A stretch of DNA of 64,000 nucleotides from Octopus sinensis (GCF_006345805.1 NC_043019.1:22629360-22693359), one strand, 5' to 3'. Positions 11,522 to 25,397 are shown, numbered from the stretch's first letter. Program-made: numbers and translations. Notes: generated by a model from the letters alone, not told the origin.

Positions 11522-12050
11522 TAAATAGACTATACGAAGAGCATGATGTGATTTCAGTAGAAGTTTTATTGGTTGAACGATATTTCAACAGTCAGCCTAT
11601 CTTTGTTGAGTTCAAAATGCAAAGTTATACATAGAAATTCAAATCCAAAATTTGAATGAGGGCAACCAGCATTCCCACATTGATGGAATGACATCATCAG
11701 TCTTCAATTTTCAAGTGGCAAAAAGAAAAAGAAAGAAAGAAAATGAGAAAAAGGAAAAAGAAGAATATTTAAACAGTTTTGTGTAAATATTTATACAAAA
11801 CTCTTTGATGAATTTTTTTCTTTTTCTATTTCTTTTTCTTTTTCTTCTTTTTGCCAGTTGTAAACTTGAAAATTGAAGACTAATGTCATTCCATCAATGT
11901 AGGAATGCTGGTTGCCCTCATTCAAATTTTGGATTTGAATTTTTATGAATCACTTTTCATTTTGAATTCAACAAGGACAAGCTGTTGAAGTATCGTTCAA
12001 CCAATAAAATATGTATTGCAATCGCATTGTGCTCAACGTATTGTTTATTG
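11522..12050. repeat. ~530 bp imperfect palindrome (fold-back)
   Basis: Arms are reverse-complementary around the centre at 11788/11789, e.g. ttcaaatccaaaatttgaatgagggcaaccagcattcc versus ggaatgctggttgccctcattcaaattttggatttgaa. Confidence 0.92.
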
Positions 12051-12091
12051 TATGTTATTATTATTATTATTATTATTATCATTATTATTAT

Positions 12092-12305
12092 TAAGGCAGT
12101 GAATGGGCAGAATTGTTAGCATACAGGGCAAAATGCTTAGTGGTATTTCATTTGTCATTATGGTCTGAGTTCAAATTCCACTGAGGTTGACTTAGACCTT
12201 CACCCTTCTGGGGTTGACAAAATAAGGACCCAAGTATTTGGGTGGATGTAATCAACATACTCCCTTTCCCAAAAATGCTGACTTGGTGCCAAAATTTGAA
12301 ACCAA
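12092..12305 (+). mobile_element. SINE family B (plus strand)
   Basis: Head ggcagaattgttagca...gagttcaaattccactgaggttgac and tail gtgccaaaatttgaaacc. Confidence 0.8.
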
Positions 12306-13073
12306 TGTTACATAATTATTATAATGATTATTGCTAACATCAGCACAAGGCTACACATTTTGTAGATAATAATCAATCAAGATAGACCCAAGTATTTAAC
12401 TGGTAGTTTTATTTTTCATTTGAAGGGCAAATAGCAAATTTGACCTCAGCGAGAACGGAGGTCAGAAATCAGAAGACATGATTAAATTAAATTCTCTGAG
12501 AAGCACCGAGTTCACTCCTCTGATAATCAACTACCTCTGTAATCCTCATAAAAGATTGCTTTTTTTTTTCAGAACTAAATTTTCTAAAGAAAAATATACA
12601 GCAGTAGATTATGTCTCAATATATTACTGGTACTTCAACATGATTTTTGAAATCAAGCAATCAAAAAAGAATCAGACTTAGATGAAATTTGAATTCAGCA
12701 CAATGAGATAATGGGATAGCCAGCTGTGGCGTCAAGAGCACACTGTGTTCAATAAGCATGTGGATGTACTTTGTTACAAATAACAATATAAATTTCTATT
12801 AATTAGCAATCAGGTTAATTGGAAGAATGCAATTTTTTTTCCTTTTTAATTTTTTTTAACTGCTGAGTCTACAGGAAGGAGTAGAGCCCCATTGCTTTTG
12901 CAGTCCCTTTGGGATCTGGTGAGGGGTTGGTGCCATTAATGTTCCCTTTAAATTGTTGCAAGGGCAATACTAGCTTCAATGACATGAGTAAGGAGATTTT
13001 TGGTGTGTGTATATGTGTGTGGACATGCATATATAAAGCTCTGACTGCGTATACTCAATGTTAAAGTATTTAA

Positions 13074-13293
13074 CCCTTTAGTATTCAGATTAATTTAGCA
13101 CACATAATGCTTGTGTATCCACATTTTAAAAAATTAATCATGTATTATCTCATAGCCTTGAGAGTTTGATGATGTGGTTGTTCATTTTTAGAATGGCACT
13201 GTAGAATAGGTGTGAGAGGCTGGATCTGGCTAGTTTCATCATCAAACTGGTAGAATATATGGGCTGGATACGGTCAATTTAAATGCTAAAGGG
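13074..13293. mobile_element. piggyBac-type MITE, family 1
   Basis: TTAA at 13070-13073 and 13294-13297, termini CCCTTTAG.../...CTAAAGGG. An inverted relative lies at 58469-58678. Confidence 0.85.
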
Positions 13294-13319
13294 TTAAATG
13301 TATACATATTATTTATCTC

Positions 13320-13590
13320 TTGTTTTGGTCATTGGACTGCAGCCATGCTGGAGCACTTGGTTTTAATTAAACTAGCCAACCCAAGAACTGATATTTTTGC
13401 TTTTTTAAGTCTGGTACCAATGCTGGTTGCAAAACAGTTGGAATAGGGAACACTAACACACACATATACATGATAGGCTTCCGTACAGTCTCCATCTACC
13501 AAATCCACAAGACACTGGTAGAAGACACTCCCCCAAGGTGCCACATAAGTAGGACTGAACTGAAGACCACATGATTGTAAAGCATGCCTG
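13320..13590 (-). mobile_element. Degenerate SINE family A
   Basis: gcagccatgctggagcac (tail, reverse complement) ... gtagaagacact...caaggtgccac (head, reverse complement). Confidence 0.7.
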
Positions 13591-13647
13591 TTGATCCTTA
13601 TGAACTGTATGTGATATTTTGTATGTGAATGTGTTGATGGATTATCC

Positions 13648-13679
<32 letters not shown>

Positions 13680-14294
13680 TTGATGAATCTCATTCTATAA
13701 ACTGATGATAATCTATGGAGAATAAAAACATTGACTCTGGTAGCAAATTTTGAATCAAGATATTTTAAGACTTGGTTTTTAGCTACAAGAAAAGATCTTA
13801 TCAAAGACTGCTTTTGTTTCAAATCAAATCTACTGCAGTAATATTGATAAAATTGTTAATACTAAGGCTTTCATTTCTCCCCCTCAATGTCTTCACTCCT
13901 TTTCTCCACTGTTAAGAGAGTAAGAAAAAAATAGAAAAGAAAATCAATTGTATATAATTCCTAAAGCTTTTAGATGAATATAGATCAAGTAATGTAATGA
14001 TTTCAAGTTATATTGTACTGAAGAGCCCACAAGAAGGGCAAAATGGTATTATCTACAACTATTAAGACATCTAAAAAGAAAAACAAGAAGGATTATATTG
14101 AAACATTATTTAATACACTCTCTCATACGAATAAGAAAAAGACCTTTTATAATGACAATAATGAAGTTTTTTATAAAACCTGAAGCAGCTCTCCCCCTTT
14201 AAAGGGTATCTACATCCTCTCTTCTTCCCCCTCTCACTCCATAAGCAACTGCAGGTGGCAGTAGCAACAGTCCCCATTCAAAATTTCCCATAAT

Positions 14295-14705
14295 ACTGTT
14301 TCAGATTTTGGCACATGGTCAATAATTTTAGTGGAAGAAGACAAGTTAATTACAATGTAATTAACTTGACTCCAGTACTTGATTGGTACTTTATTTTATC
14401 GATCCTGAAAGGATGAAAGGTAAAACCAAGCCTGACATAATTTGAATGTAAAGAACCAGGAGAAATTTCAAAAAGTATTTTTTCCCACTTTCATAATAAT
14501 AATAATAATGATTTCAGATTTTGGCACAAGGGGAGGGGGTAAGTTGATGACATCAACCCCAGTGTTTGACAACTGCTTATTTTATCAACCCCCAAAAGGA
14601 TCAAAGTTAACCTCGGTGGAATTTGAACTCAGAACATAAAGACAAACGAAATAGTGCTAAGCATTTTGCCCAGTGTGCTAATGATTCTACCAGCTCGCTG
14701 TCTTA
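14295..14705 (-). mobile_element. Two SINE family B copies in tandem
   Basis: Family B motifs separated by (AAT)n. Confidence 0.75.
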
Positions 14706-14903
14706 ATAATAATAATAGTAACAATAACAAATGGCAATATTACAAAATATAATCATATTCACTCTGGATAGAAAATTTTTATAGATATGGCACAGTCACA
14801 TTTAGAAGTTATAAATAAAAGCTTGGTGCCATGAAAAAGTGAAAGGAAAAACTTAGGCACATATCAATGTGTATACATACATACATATGTATGTATGTAT
14901 GTA

Positions 14904-14957
<54 letters not shown>

Positions 14958-15384
14958 CCATATTTTTATTGCTTTTTCTTTTGTCTTGCTCGATTACGTT
15001 TTGGTTGTTTTGCTAAATTTTTCTTGAGAACATTTCTTAGTGGTAAGACCATAGCGGATCTATTTCTAGTATAAGGGTGTCCACATAGCAGTTTCCCTCT
15101 AACATGTGTATATATATATATATATATAATTATAGTAATAAGGGCTTTTTGCAACAAGTTGCTTAAACCACAATACTACTAGGTGAAATTTATTGATTTT
15201 ATTAAATTAATTATATATATAGATAGATAGGTAATATATCTATATAGATATCTATATCTATTTACATATATATATATATATGCTCATGGAGCATACACAC
15301 ACTCATATATACCCATAGACATACATATATAAAATGTGTGCATATATCAATAGGTTATAGTATATATATATTTTACTGATATGA

Positions 15385-15648
15385 CATTATATGTCAGTGT
15401 ATTGACCAGACTATCAGATGTTGCTATACACTGCTTATTACAATATGGTTCCTCATCAATGTAGCTTTCCAAATGAGGCCACCCCACTAGCTAGGCAAGC
15501 AGGCCGAAATTTTCCGTGGTCCCCTTCAATGAATATCACAGGCTTACTCATTTACAGTTGAGTAAACTGAAGTGTTTTACTCAACAACTGAATGCACTGC
15601 ATGAACTTGTGATCCAGAGCACAGTGCCCTAACCCCTACATCACACAC
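15385..15648 (-). mobile_element. Old SINE-like element (family F)
   Basis: tRNA-like head on the minus strand at the right end (gtgatgtagggg ttagggcactg...gatcacaag). The body is distinct from families A and B. Confidence 0.45.
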
Positions 15649-15749
15649 CATTTTCTTTTATGCTCACCTTCTTGTTCTGAGAGTGAATTTGATCTGGCAC
15701 CCCATTATGACCTCCCTCTTATCTCCTTCAGCCATGTGTCTCCCCTATA

Positions 15750-15984
15750 TATTTCTTTACTGCCCACAAGGGGCTAAACACAGAGGGGACAAACAAGGAC
15801 AGACAAACGGATTAAGTCGATTATATCGACCCCAGTGCATAACTGGTACTTAATTTATCGACCCCGAAAAGATGAAAAGCAAAGTCGACCTCGGCAGAAT
15901 TTGAACACAGAACGTAACGGCAGACGAAATACAGCTACGCATTTCGCGCGTCGTGCTAACATTTCTGCCAGCTCGCCGCATTAT
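15750..15984 (-). mobile_element. SINE family B, young copy with 16-bp TSD
   Basis: ATGTGTCTCCCCTATA at 15734-15749 and 15985-16000. Confidence 0.95.
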
Positions 15985-16189
15985 ATGTGTCTCCCCTATA
16001 GCAAGACACTTGTGCTTGACCCTTCATCATACTTTAACCTTTCAACACTTGACATAAAACCCCCCATCTCCACTTTCCCTCCCCAAATATTTCTTTGTAG
16101 TGAAAGCTTTTACTTCCTTTTCCTTCTCTTCTCTTCGATCTTTCCTGTCCCACAAGTTACATGGCTACCTCAATAGTACCAACTGACAT

Positions 16190-16355
16190 GAAGAAGCACC
16201 CAGTACACTCTGTAAAATGGTTGGCATTAGGAACGGCATCCAGCCACAGAAACCATGCCAAAGATGATACTAGAGCATGATGCAACCTTCCAGTTCCCTG
16301 TCAAACTGTCCTACCCATGCCAGCATGGAAAGCAGAAGTTAAATGATGATGATAA
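16190..16355 (+). mobile_element. Repeat family C (sense orientation)
   Basis: ggttggcattaggaacggcatccagc...cccatgccagcatggaaagc...aaatgatgatgat. Confidence 0.75.
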
Positions 16356-16519
16356 TGACATGTATGTATGTATGTATGTATGTATGTATGTATATAAAGC
16401 TTGTATGATACATATGTGCAACCATACACATGCACAAGCTTTAAATCTGTGAAACAAAAGGAGATCAAGTGATGTACAAAAGAAATGAGTAAAACAAAAG
16501 ACAACAGTAACAATAATGG

Positions 16520-16990
16520 CAGTGAGCTGAGATATATATACACACACACATACACAAACATATATATATATATACATATATATATGATAGATAGATATAT
16601 ATACATATATGCACACACATACATACATACATACATATATATATATATATGCACACACATACATACATACATATATATATGTATGCACACACATACATAC
16701 ATACATATATATATGTATGCACACATACATACATATATATATATGCACACACATACATACATATATATACGCACACACATACATACATATATATACGCAC
16801 ACACATACATATATATATATGCATACACATACATACATATATATATATGCACACACATACATATATATATATGCACACACACATACATACATATATATAT
16901 ATGCACACACATACATACATATAAATATATGCACACACATACATACATACATACATATATATTTATATATATATACACATACATATACAT
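16520..16990. repeat. Compound microsatellite/minisatellite (GCACACACATACATACATATATAT-like units)
   Basis: Directly visible; the source of the long spurious ORFs here. Confidence 0.95.
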
Positions 16991-18659
16991 ACAAATCTAG
17001 ATACTGCAGTGTTTTTAAAAAATCAAAGGGAAAGCAACATATATATATATATATATATGTATGGAGAAAGAGAGAGAGAATTATGTTCATTTTTATACAT
17101 GAAGAAAGAAAAGGACTCATTTTTTGAGACAGTTTAAACATTATAAATCATAAAGTTTACATATAACATAACACTGAATATGTATGTTGTTTTTTTTTCA
17201 TCATTTAGTAAGAGGAAAAAAAAAATAAAGAATTGAGAAAGACAGAAATGGTTAAAAAAGCCTGATCATGCACACAAATAGTCAGCCAATCAATATTGTA
17301 TTTTAATTAAGGGTGTCTTTTTTTTTAATAACGCAACAAGTGGCATGCGTAAGGAGCAGTGAGTTTTAGGAAACCGGAGGCCTTTTATTAAGAAATGTGA
17401 GAATGTAATTGTGACAGTTTGTGCATTTTATAGTAGGCATATGTAGTGTATGATATACATACATACATATATATATATAATTTTTTGTGTGTGTGTATAA
17501 ATTATGCATGTGTGTATAAGAAAGTGTTTTATAAGCCAATAGGGAAAGAGAGCCCTACAGAGAAAATATTAGTGAATCAAGGACACACGGGGTGTAGTAC
17601 TGAATCAAGGGAAGATTTGCTGTAAACCGTTTTCGATTTTTGATACCATGGGGGTGGTGAGTCTGAGGTAAAGGAAAAATTATAATATGACGATGATGAT
17701 GATGGTGGTGGTTGGTGGTGGTGGTGGAGGAATGATATTGATGAACATTACATTTTGAAACTAAATATATGTATACACATACATGTATTAGCATTTTATT
17801 GTATTATGTAAATTCACATTTACGGAAATGCGTGCATGTGTGCACCTCTGTGTATACATATGGGCATGTGATGATATGTGTATGTGGATGTATAATTCTA
17901 AAAGAGCAGGGAAATATTTCAATTCTAATCTAGTTGCCGTTTTTTTTTTTTTTTTTGTTTTTTTTTTACCTTTCTGAATTTATTAAAAAAAAAAAAAATC
18001 CTCGTTAATGCAAAGATTTAAAAATTTAGGGTTTTGGTTAAGGTAGGCTGGAAGTAGTTTGAGGAAGGGGGCCGGTAAACAAGTTATATGAGTGGGAGAG
18101 GATCTGCTAAACATCTAAACATTCCTATTGCGTAAACGTGCTGAGGAAGCAGGGGAGGGGGCGGGAAGGCGGGAGATGGTTTTTAAAAAATGAATATCTG
18201 TGGATTTTGTAATTTTTGAAGTTATTTGCCAGAATGAAAAAACATGAAAATCTTTCATGATTCATGCTTTTGTTTTTCTTTGGTCTTTTAAATTTTTCCA
18301 AGATAAGAACCATGAGGAAGTTGACTGAAAAACAGCCTCAAAGACATAATAATGATGTTGACGATGATGATGATGATGGTATTTTTGTTAATTTTTTTTA
18401 CTTGATACTTATTGAAGAGAAGGCAGCGTTTTTAAGGTGATTATTTGATGGTCATGCCTTTCCAGGGAAAGGTCGTGTTAACACCTTTTTCTTTTTTCTT
18501 TATTTTTTATTTTTTTATTTCACTTTCCTCACTCTCCGATATTTTTCATCTTGTTGAATAATATCTCATGAATATTAAAGACAAAACAACAAAAATGAAG
18601 AATAATGAATAATATAATAATGAGTGATTGAAAACATTGAGTGACGATAGATACAAGTG

Positions 18660-18854
18660 TAATAATAGAGAGAGAAAGAAGTGTGATAGTAACATGTATA
18701 GAGAAGGTGATATATATATACACAGAAGGGTGTGAAGAGAGTGGTTTATACAGAGACGAGTGTGTAGAGGGTGAAATATATATAGAAGGGTGTGTAGTGA
18801 GTGATTATTTATATTTATATATATATATAAATAAATATAAAGGTATTAAGAGAG

Positions 18855-18899
<45 letters not shown>

Positions 18900-19430
18900 A
18901 AGGCTGTGAGAGACTGATATATACATCAGAAAGAAGTGTAGAGAACGATATATATACATATACATAGAAAGGTGTGTAGAGAGCAATATATTCAAAGAAG
19001 GGTGTATAGAGAGCGATATTTACATAGAAGGGTGTGGAGAGAGCGATATATAAATAGAAGGGTGTGTAGAGAGTGATATACACATAAAAGGGTGTGGAGA
19101 GAGCAATATATACATAGAAGGTGTGTAGAGAGCAATATATTCAAAGAAGGGTGTATAGAGAGCGATATTTACATAGAAGGGTGTGGAGAGAGCGATATAT
19201 AAATAGAAGGGTGTGTAGAGAATGATATACACATAAAAGGGTGTGGAGAGAGCAATATATACATAGAAGGGTGTGTAGAGAGCAATATACACATAGAAGG
19301 GTGTGGAGAGAGCGATATATACATAGAAGAGTGTGTAGAGAGCAATATACACATAGAAGGGTGTGTAGAGAGAAATATATACATAGAAGAGTGTGTAGAG
19401 AGGGATATATATATACATAGAAGGGTGTGC
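18660..19430. repeat. 30-bp minisatellite with a 149-bp higher-order duplication
   Basis: Unit ~ACATAGAAGGGTGTGTAGAGAGCAATATAT. The diagnostic variant TTCAAAGAAG recurs at 18991 and 19140. Confidence 0.92.
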
Positions 19431-20784
19431 GAAACATGATAGCTCAATGGGAAGATAATAACAGAGAGTAATAGAGAATGGTTGATAGATAGAAACACAA
19501 AACAGTTGACTATAAGTGAAGACAGTTTATTCTTCATAATCTACAGGTATATATAAACACCAGATTGTGGAATTAGTATTAACTGTTTGCTTGTTTTGTT
19601 TTTACCAAAATGATAAATCTAACACAATATATACACACACACACACACTCACATACATACATGCATACATACATACATATATATACACAGACATATATGT
19701 ATGTATATGATACTGATATTAAATATTTATTCCTTCTCATATTAAACTCAATTTCATTCGCAGTCATTCATTCATTCGTTATTTTTTTCTTCTTTCCTTC
19801 CTTCCTTACTTAAAATGTTACTCTCTTGCTTCCACTCTTTTTTGTTGTTTTTTTACAATATTTTTAAATATTTTATATTTTTCTTTTTTATTTGATATTT
19901 ATCTGTTTCTGTTGATGATGAGTCAGTATACAAAAAAAAAAAAAAAAATTGACAAATGACTGTGAATAATGAATAACCATAAACTTTTGAGCTGGATTGA
20001 GCAATGTTTTTTTTTTTTTGGTTGTTTTTTTGGGACATAACCACATTAAAAAGTTTTTAAAAGAATAATGGAATGAATTAAAAAAAAGTTTAAATGTTCT
20101 TTGCAAGGGTCTACTTTTTTTTTTTTACTTGCTTTATATATCTTTTAATTAAAAAGTTTATTAATTGATGGAAACGTAATATAGTAAATTAAGTTTTCTC
20201 CTCATTTTCTTTCATTTCAATTCGTTTTCAAATTTCTTTTGGTTTTTTTTTTCTCACGACAGTTTTAATTTTTTTTCTGTTTATTTTTGCTTGGGTGTAA
20301 ATAGTTAGTGAAATAACAAATTATTTTTACATAACGAATTATTATTGTAATTATTATTATTATTATTGTTATTATTATCATTATTACAGATAATAACGAA
20401 CTCTAAGGCAATGCATTGTGTATGTATGTGTGTACATCTAAGCACACACAGCACACACCAAATTTTTCTCCTTTAGAGTTAAAAGTAACCAAACTTTAAA
20501 AAAATATTTTAAACTGTCATTTCCCATGCTTTTTCACAAGTCTGTCTTGCATGTATACAAATATATATATATGTATGTATATATGTATTTATGCATGTAT
20601 GTATAATATTATGTGTAAGTGTGCATGTATATTTAGATATACATGCATGTATATGTGGATATATATCCACACACACAGCATAACTATATGCATATACATA
20701 CATATATATACACAAACACGACACACATAATATACATAGATATAAATAAAAACATACGGACACATAGACATACAATCATATATA

Positions 20785-22610
20785 TATACATATATATATA
20801 TGTGTGTGTGTATGTGTATTTATACATAGATAAACTCTAACAGGCGTGCTGAAAGGTGCAACACAGTTTGGGAATAATAAATAAGTTCCACATTCCACTC
20901 CTGTGTTTCATGTAGTTTGACAATAACCACCATAACTCTAGTTAAGCTAGTCTGCAGAGTCTGCGCCGCCACACAGGAAAGTAACACAGAAAGCATAACT
21001 AGTATTCTATGATTTATATAATGTACACATGTTTTAGTAAGCTGACTGCTGTTATTACGTAAGCCAGTGGGCCTTATTACACAACACAATACTGATGATG
21101 TGTGTCAAGAATGTAGTGTGTAGTAGAGTCTGTCAGCTTATTGAAACACATGAACATTATATAAATCATAAAATACTGGTTATGTTATCTGTACGTGCAG
21201 GTGTGTGAGTGTGTGTGTGTGTGTGTGTATATATATACACACACACACATATATATATATTTATATATTTATACACATACACACATGTATGTAGAAACAA
21301 TTTAAAGTTAGACACTATAGAGATAAATATATGCACAAGCCACCCCACTCCACTTTATTCTAAAGAAAACAAAATTACAAATGCAAACTTCAGTTGTCTA
21401 GTGAGACATCAGGGTAGAAAGGATGAGTACAACAATAGTAGTTTGCACCCACTCCCATTCTACATGTGCACCAATGTATATATAAACTCTGATATACATC
21501 ATTAGACTCTAGAGTTAACTTACCAATTATTCATCTTTTCATCTAGATAATCTCTTTTTCATCTTCCTAGCCATAACTGAAATTTCTATCTGATAACATA
21601 TATAAATATATATCTAAATACACATATACACCATCCATATGCATAATGTGTGTGAGTGTGTGTATATATATATATATATATTTATGTATATATATATACA
21701 TATATATATGTGTGTGTGTATGTGTATTTATACATAGATAAACTCTAACAGGCGTGCTGAAAGGTGCAACACAGTTTGGGAATAATAAATAAGTTCCACA
21801 TTCCACTCCTGTGTTTCATGTAGTTTGACAATAACCACCATAACTCTAGTTAAGCTAGTCTGCAGAGTCTGCGCCGCCACACAGGAAAGTAACACAGAAA
21901 GCATAACTAGTATTCTATGATTTATATAATGTACACATGTTTTAGTAAGCTGACTGCTGTTATTACGTAAGCCAGTGGGCCTTATTACACAACACAATAC
22001 TGATGATGTGTGTCAAGAATGTAGTGTGTAGTAGAGTCTGTCAGCTTATTGAAACACATGAACATTATATAAATCATAAAATACTGGTTATGTTATCTGT
22101 ACGTGCAGGTGTGTGAGTGTGTGTGTGTGTGTGTATATATATACACACACACACATATATATATATTTATATATTTATACACATACACACATGTATGTAG
22201 AAACAATTTAAAGTTAGACACTATAGAGATAATATATGCACAAGCCACCCCACTCCACTTTATTCTAAAGAAAACAAAATTACAAATGCAAACTTCAGTT
22301 GTCTAGTGAGACATCAGGGTAGAAAGGATGAGTACAACAATAGTAGTTTGCACCCACTCCCATTCTACATGTGCACCAATGTATATATAAACTCTGATAT
22401 ACATCATTAGACTCTAGAGTTAACTTACCAATTATTCATCTTTTCATCTAGATAATCTCTTTTTCATCTTCCTAGCCATAACTGAAATTTCTATCTGATA
22501 ACATATATAAATATATATCTAAATACACATATACACCATCCATATGCATAATGTGTGTGAGTGTGTGTATATATATATATATTTATGTATATATATATAC
22601 ATATATATAT
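20785..22610. repeat. Near-identical 908-bp tandem duplication
   Basis: Sequence at 20821 recurs at 21729 and the same 89-aa ORF appears twice. The only difference noticed outside microsatellites is a 1-bp indel (ataaatat vs ataatat). Confidence 0.95.
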
Positions 22611-22625
22611 ATGTAGATATTTATG

Positions 22626-22657
<32 letters not shown>

Positions 22658-22740
22658 TAAAGATATTTATGTATATATATACATATATATAGATATTTAT
22701 GTATATATATATACATATATATATATAGATATTTATGTAA

Positions 22741-22771
<31 letters not shown>

Positions 22772-23458
22772 TACATACAGGCAGACATACACATACATTT
22801 ATATATACATGCATATATGCACATAATGTATGTAGTTAGACACATATACATATATACATATATCTGTATACAAACATATTATTATATCCTCACAAACACA
22901 CAATTTTAATTAACTAAAATAACGACAACATATAACTTATGATACAAAATGCCAGCAAATAAGAATTTTTTAAAAAAATGTAATAATAATAATAATAATA
23001 ACAATAATAATTGCCTAATGCTATATATATATATATGTATGTGTGTGTGTCTGTGTGTATATATATACACACAGACACACACACACACACATATTGATTT
23101 TTTTTCTGCTGTTTTTTATATGTATGATAGCAAATTGCTTAGTAAAAATTTAATGAAAATCTTTTAAAATCAAAATGCGAATGACAATGTGTTTTTGATG
23201 TCAAAAAAAGAGGAGAGAAAGAAAGAAATAAGAAAAATCTATATACAAGGAACTTTTATGGTTTATCATCGGGGGCAGGGGGTTTGTTTTGTTGAGCTGG
23301 GGTTTGTTAGGGGGTAGAGACAAGGGGTGGGGCACTGTTTCTTAATCTGTTTTTTTTTTTTTTTTTTTGGTTTAAGAAGAAAATAGGAAAAATTAAAGGA
23401 ATATATGAAAGCAAAGTAGCATGGTGGCTGAAAGGGAGACGACAAGATATCAATAATG

Positions 23459-23486
<28 letters not shown>

Positions 23487-23492
<6 letters not shown>

Positions 23493-23965
23493 TAACCCTT
23501 TCTACTATAGGCACAAGACCTAAAATTTGGGGTTAGGGGGAGCAATTCGAATACATCGATCCCATGGTTCAACTGGTACTTATTTTATCGACCTTGAAAG
23601 GATGAAAAGCAAAGTCGACCTCGGCGGAATTTGAACTCAGAACATAAACACGGACGAAATGCCACTAAGCATGCTAACGATCCTGCCAGCTCACCACCAA
23701 GATAACAACAACAATGGTAATAATAACAACGGTAACAACAATGATAATGGTTTGTGATTTAGGCACAAAGCCTGCTATTTCAAGGGAAGGGATGTTAGTC
23801 GGTAACATTGACTAGAGCTTTTGATTGGTACTTAATTTCATCATCCTCGGAGGGGATGAAAAGCAAAGCTGGTCTCTGTGGGATTTGAACCCCAAAAATG
23901 TAAAGAGCTGGAACATATAACGCAAGGCGGTTTCATCTGACACTAACGATTCTGCTGATAGTAGC
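23487..23965 (-). mobile_element. Two SINE family B copies
   Basis: Family B motifs after an (AAT)n tract. Confidence 0.8.
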
Positions 23966-24561
23966 AGTATTAGTAAGAACAACAATAAAAATAATAACAA
24001 CAATAATAATGAATTGGTTGGTTTATGTCGATATATTTTGCATATTATGTTGGGGGTGGGTGGGAGAGAGGATGAGACATAGTTATTCTAATTTATAAAA
24101 CGTCAAAATATAATTAAGTTTTAAATGAAATAAACTAAACAAGCTCAAGTGTGGTATTTGTGTGTGCGTGTAAAGAGAGAGAGAGAGAGATTATAGTATG
24201 ACAGACAGACAGACAGCAATCAGACAAGCAAAAAAAAAAAAAGGAAAATGAATACGATGGATACACAGACAAACAATTTACAATAATAAATAATAATAGT
24301 AGTAGTAATAATAATAATAATAATTGGAATGTAATTTGTAATTGTTAATGAAAAATGAAATAATGAGAAACTACATCTGATATGGGACTGCACTAATGCC
24401 ACTAGTACAATTACACCACAGGTGGGGGGGTTGCACCACATGTGGAACTGCATGGAAAGGTGAGGATATATGAAAAGGGAGGGAGCATGCAAGATGTAAG
24501 ACTGTACAAGGGTTGAGAACAAAAATGAAATACGCAGTAATAATAATAATAATAATAATAA

Positions 24562-24775
24562 TGGTTCCAAATTTTGGCACAAGGCCAATGATCTCAAATG
24601 ATGGGTAAGTTGATTAGATCAACCCCAGTGCTCAACATGTCCTTATTTTATCGATCTTGAAAGGATGAGATGCAAAGTTGACCTTGGCAGAATTTGAACT
24701 CAGAACCATTAAAACGGACAAAGTGCCGCTAAGCATTTTGCCCAGCATCCTAATGATTCTGTCAGTTTGCCACCT
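24562..24775 (-). mobile_element. SINE family B
   Basis: Family B motifs with (AAT)n on both sides. Confidence 0.85.
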
Positions 24776-24813
<38 letters not shown>

Positions 24814-25205
24814 CTTGATTGAAAATATGATGATGATGATGATGATGATAATGGTGATCATAAATATGACAACAGCAGTGACACTGTTGATGATGATGAT
24901 GATGATGATGATGATGACTAGAATTTTATTCCACTACCCATACCACCCCATAACCAGTACAAGAACCATGATTTCTCTTGACACAAAGCAGAAGACCAAT
25001 TTTTGCAGAAGACTTAGTCACTCGACAGGCAGTGGAAGGGATGTGTGTGTGTGTGTGTAAATAGGGTGCAATAAATTAACAACAGAAGATACATTTCGTT
25101 TGCACTGCACCCTCCACCCTTGCCCACCTGTACAGACTACTAAAATTTTTTAAACATATCAGGAAAAAGCTAAACAATATACAGTGGTCAACTGACTGTC
25201 ACTAT

Positions 25206-25310
25206 AGCCACATACCTAAGCACCACCATGACCACCACAGCCACACACCTATCACCACCACCACAGCCACACACCTATCACCACCATCCCAGCCACACAC
25301 CTATCATCAT
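25206..25310. repeat. ~24-bp minisatellite (CAGCCACACACCTATCACCACCAC)
   Basis: About four visible units. Confidence 0.85.
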
Positions 25311-25368
25311 CCTCACCACTCTTATCGTCATTCTCCCCATACTAACAAAAACACATGAAAACTCTTCA

Positions 25369-25397
<29 letters not shown>

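Noticed and set aside
14955-15105. (TA)n-flanked insert with minus-strand CCAAAACGTA resembling a decayed GAAACGUA
   Set aside because: No credible core or stem II; too degenerate to call.
16301-17141. Long ORFs (up to 276 aa) of Y/I/C/V/M/H/T residues, also at 41921-42784, 45447-45914 and 22491-22851
   Set aside because: Translations of compound TA/TG/CA microsatellites that lack stops by composition.
18660-19430. Regular 30-bp array resembling a CRISPR array
   Set aside because: Contiguous tandem units with no unique spacers, no cas genes and a eukaryotic context.
21527-21585. Minus-strand exon-like segment with a strong GTAAGT donor (also in the duplicate near 22430)
   Set aside because: All three frames contain stops; could only be non-coding and has no support.
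20820-21997. Duplicated 89-aa ORF
   Set aside because: It is duplicated only because the DNA is. It starts and ends in microsatellite-like sequence and has no recognisable motif.
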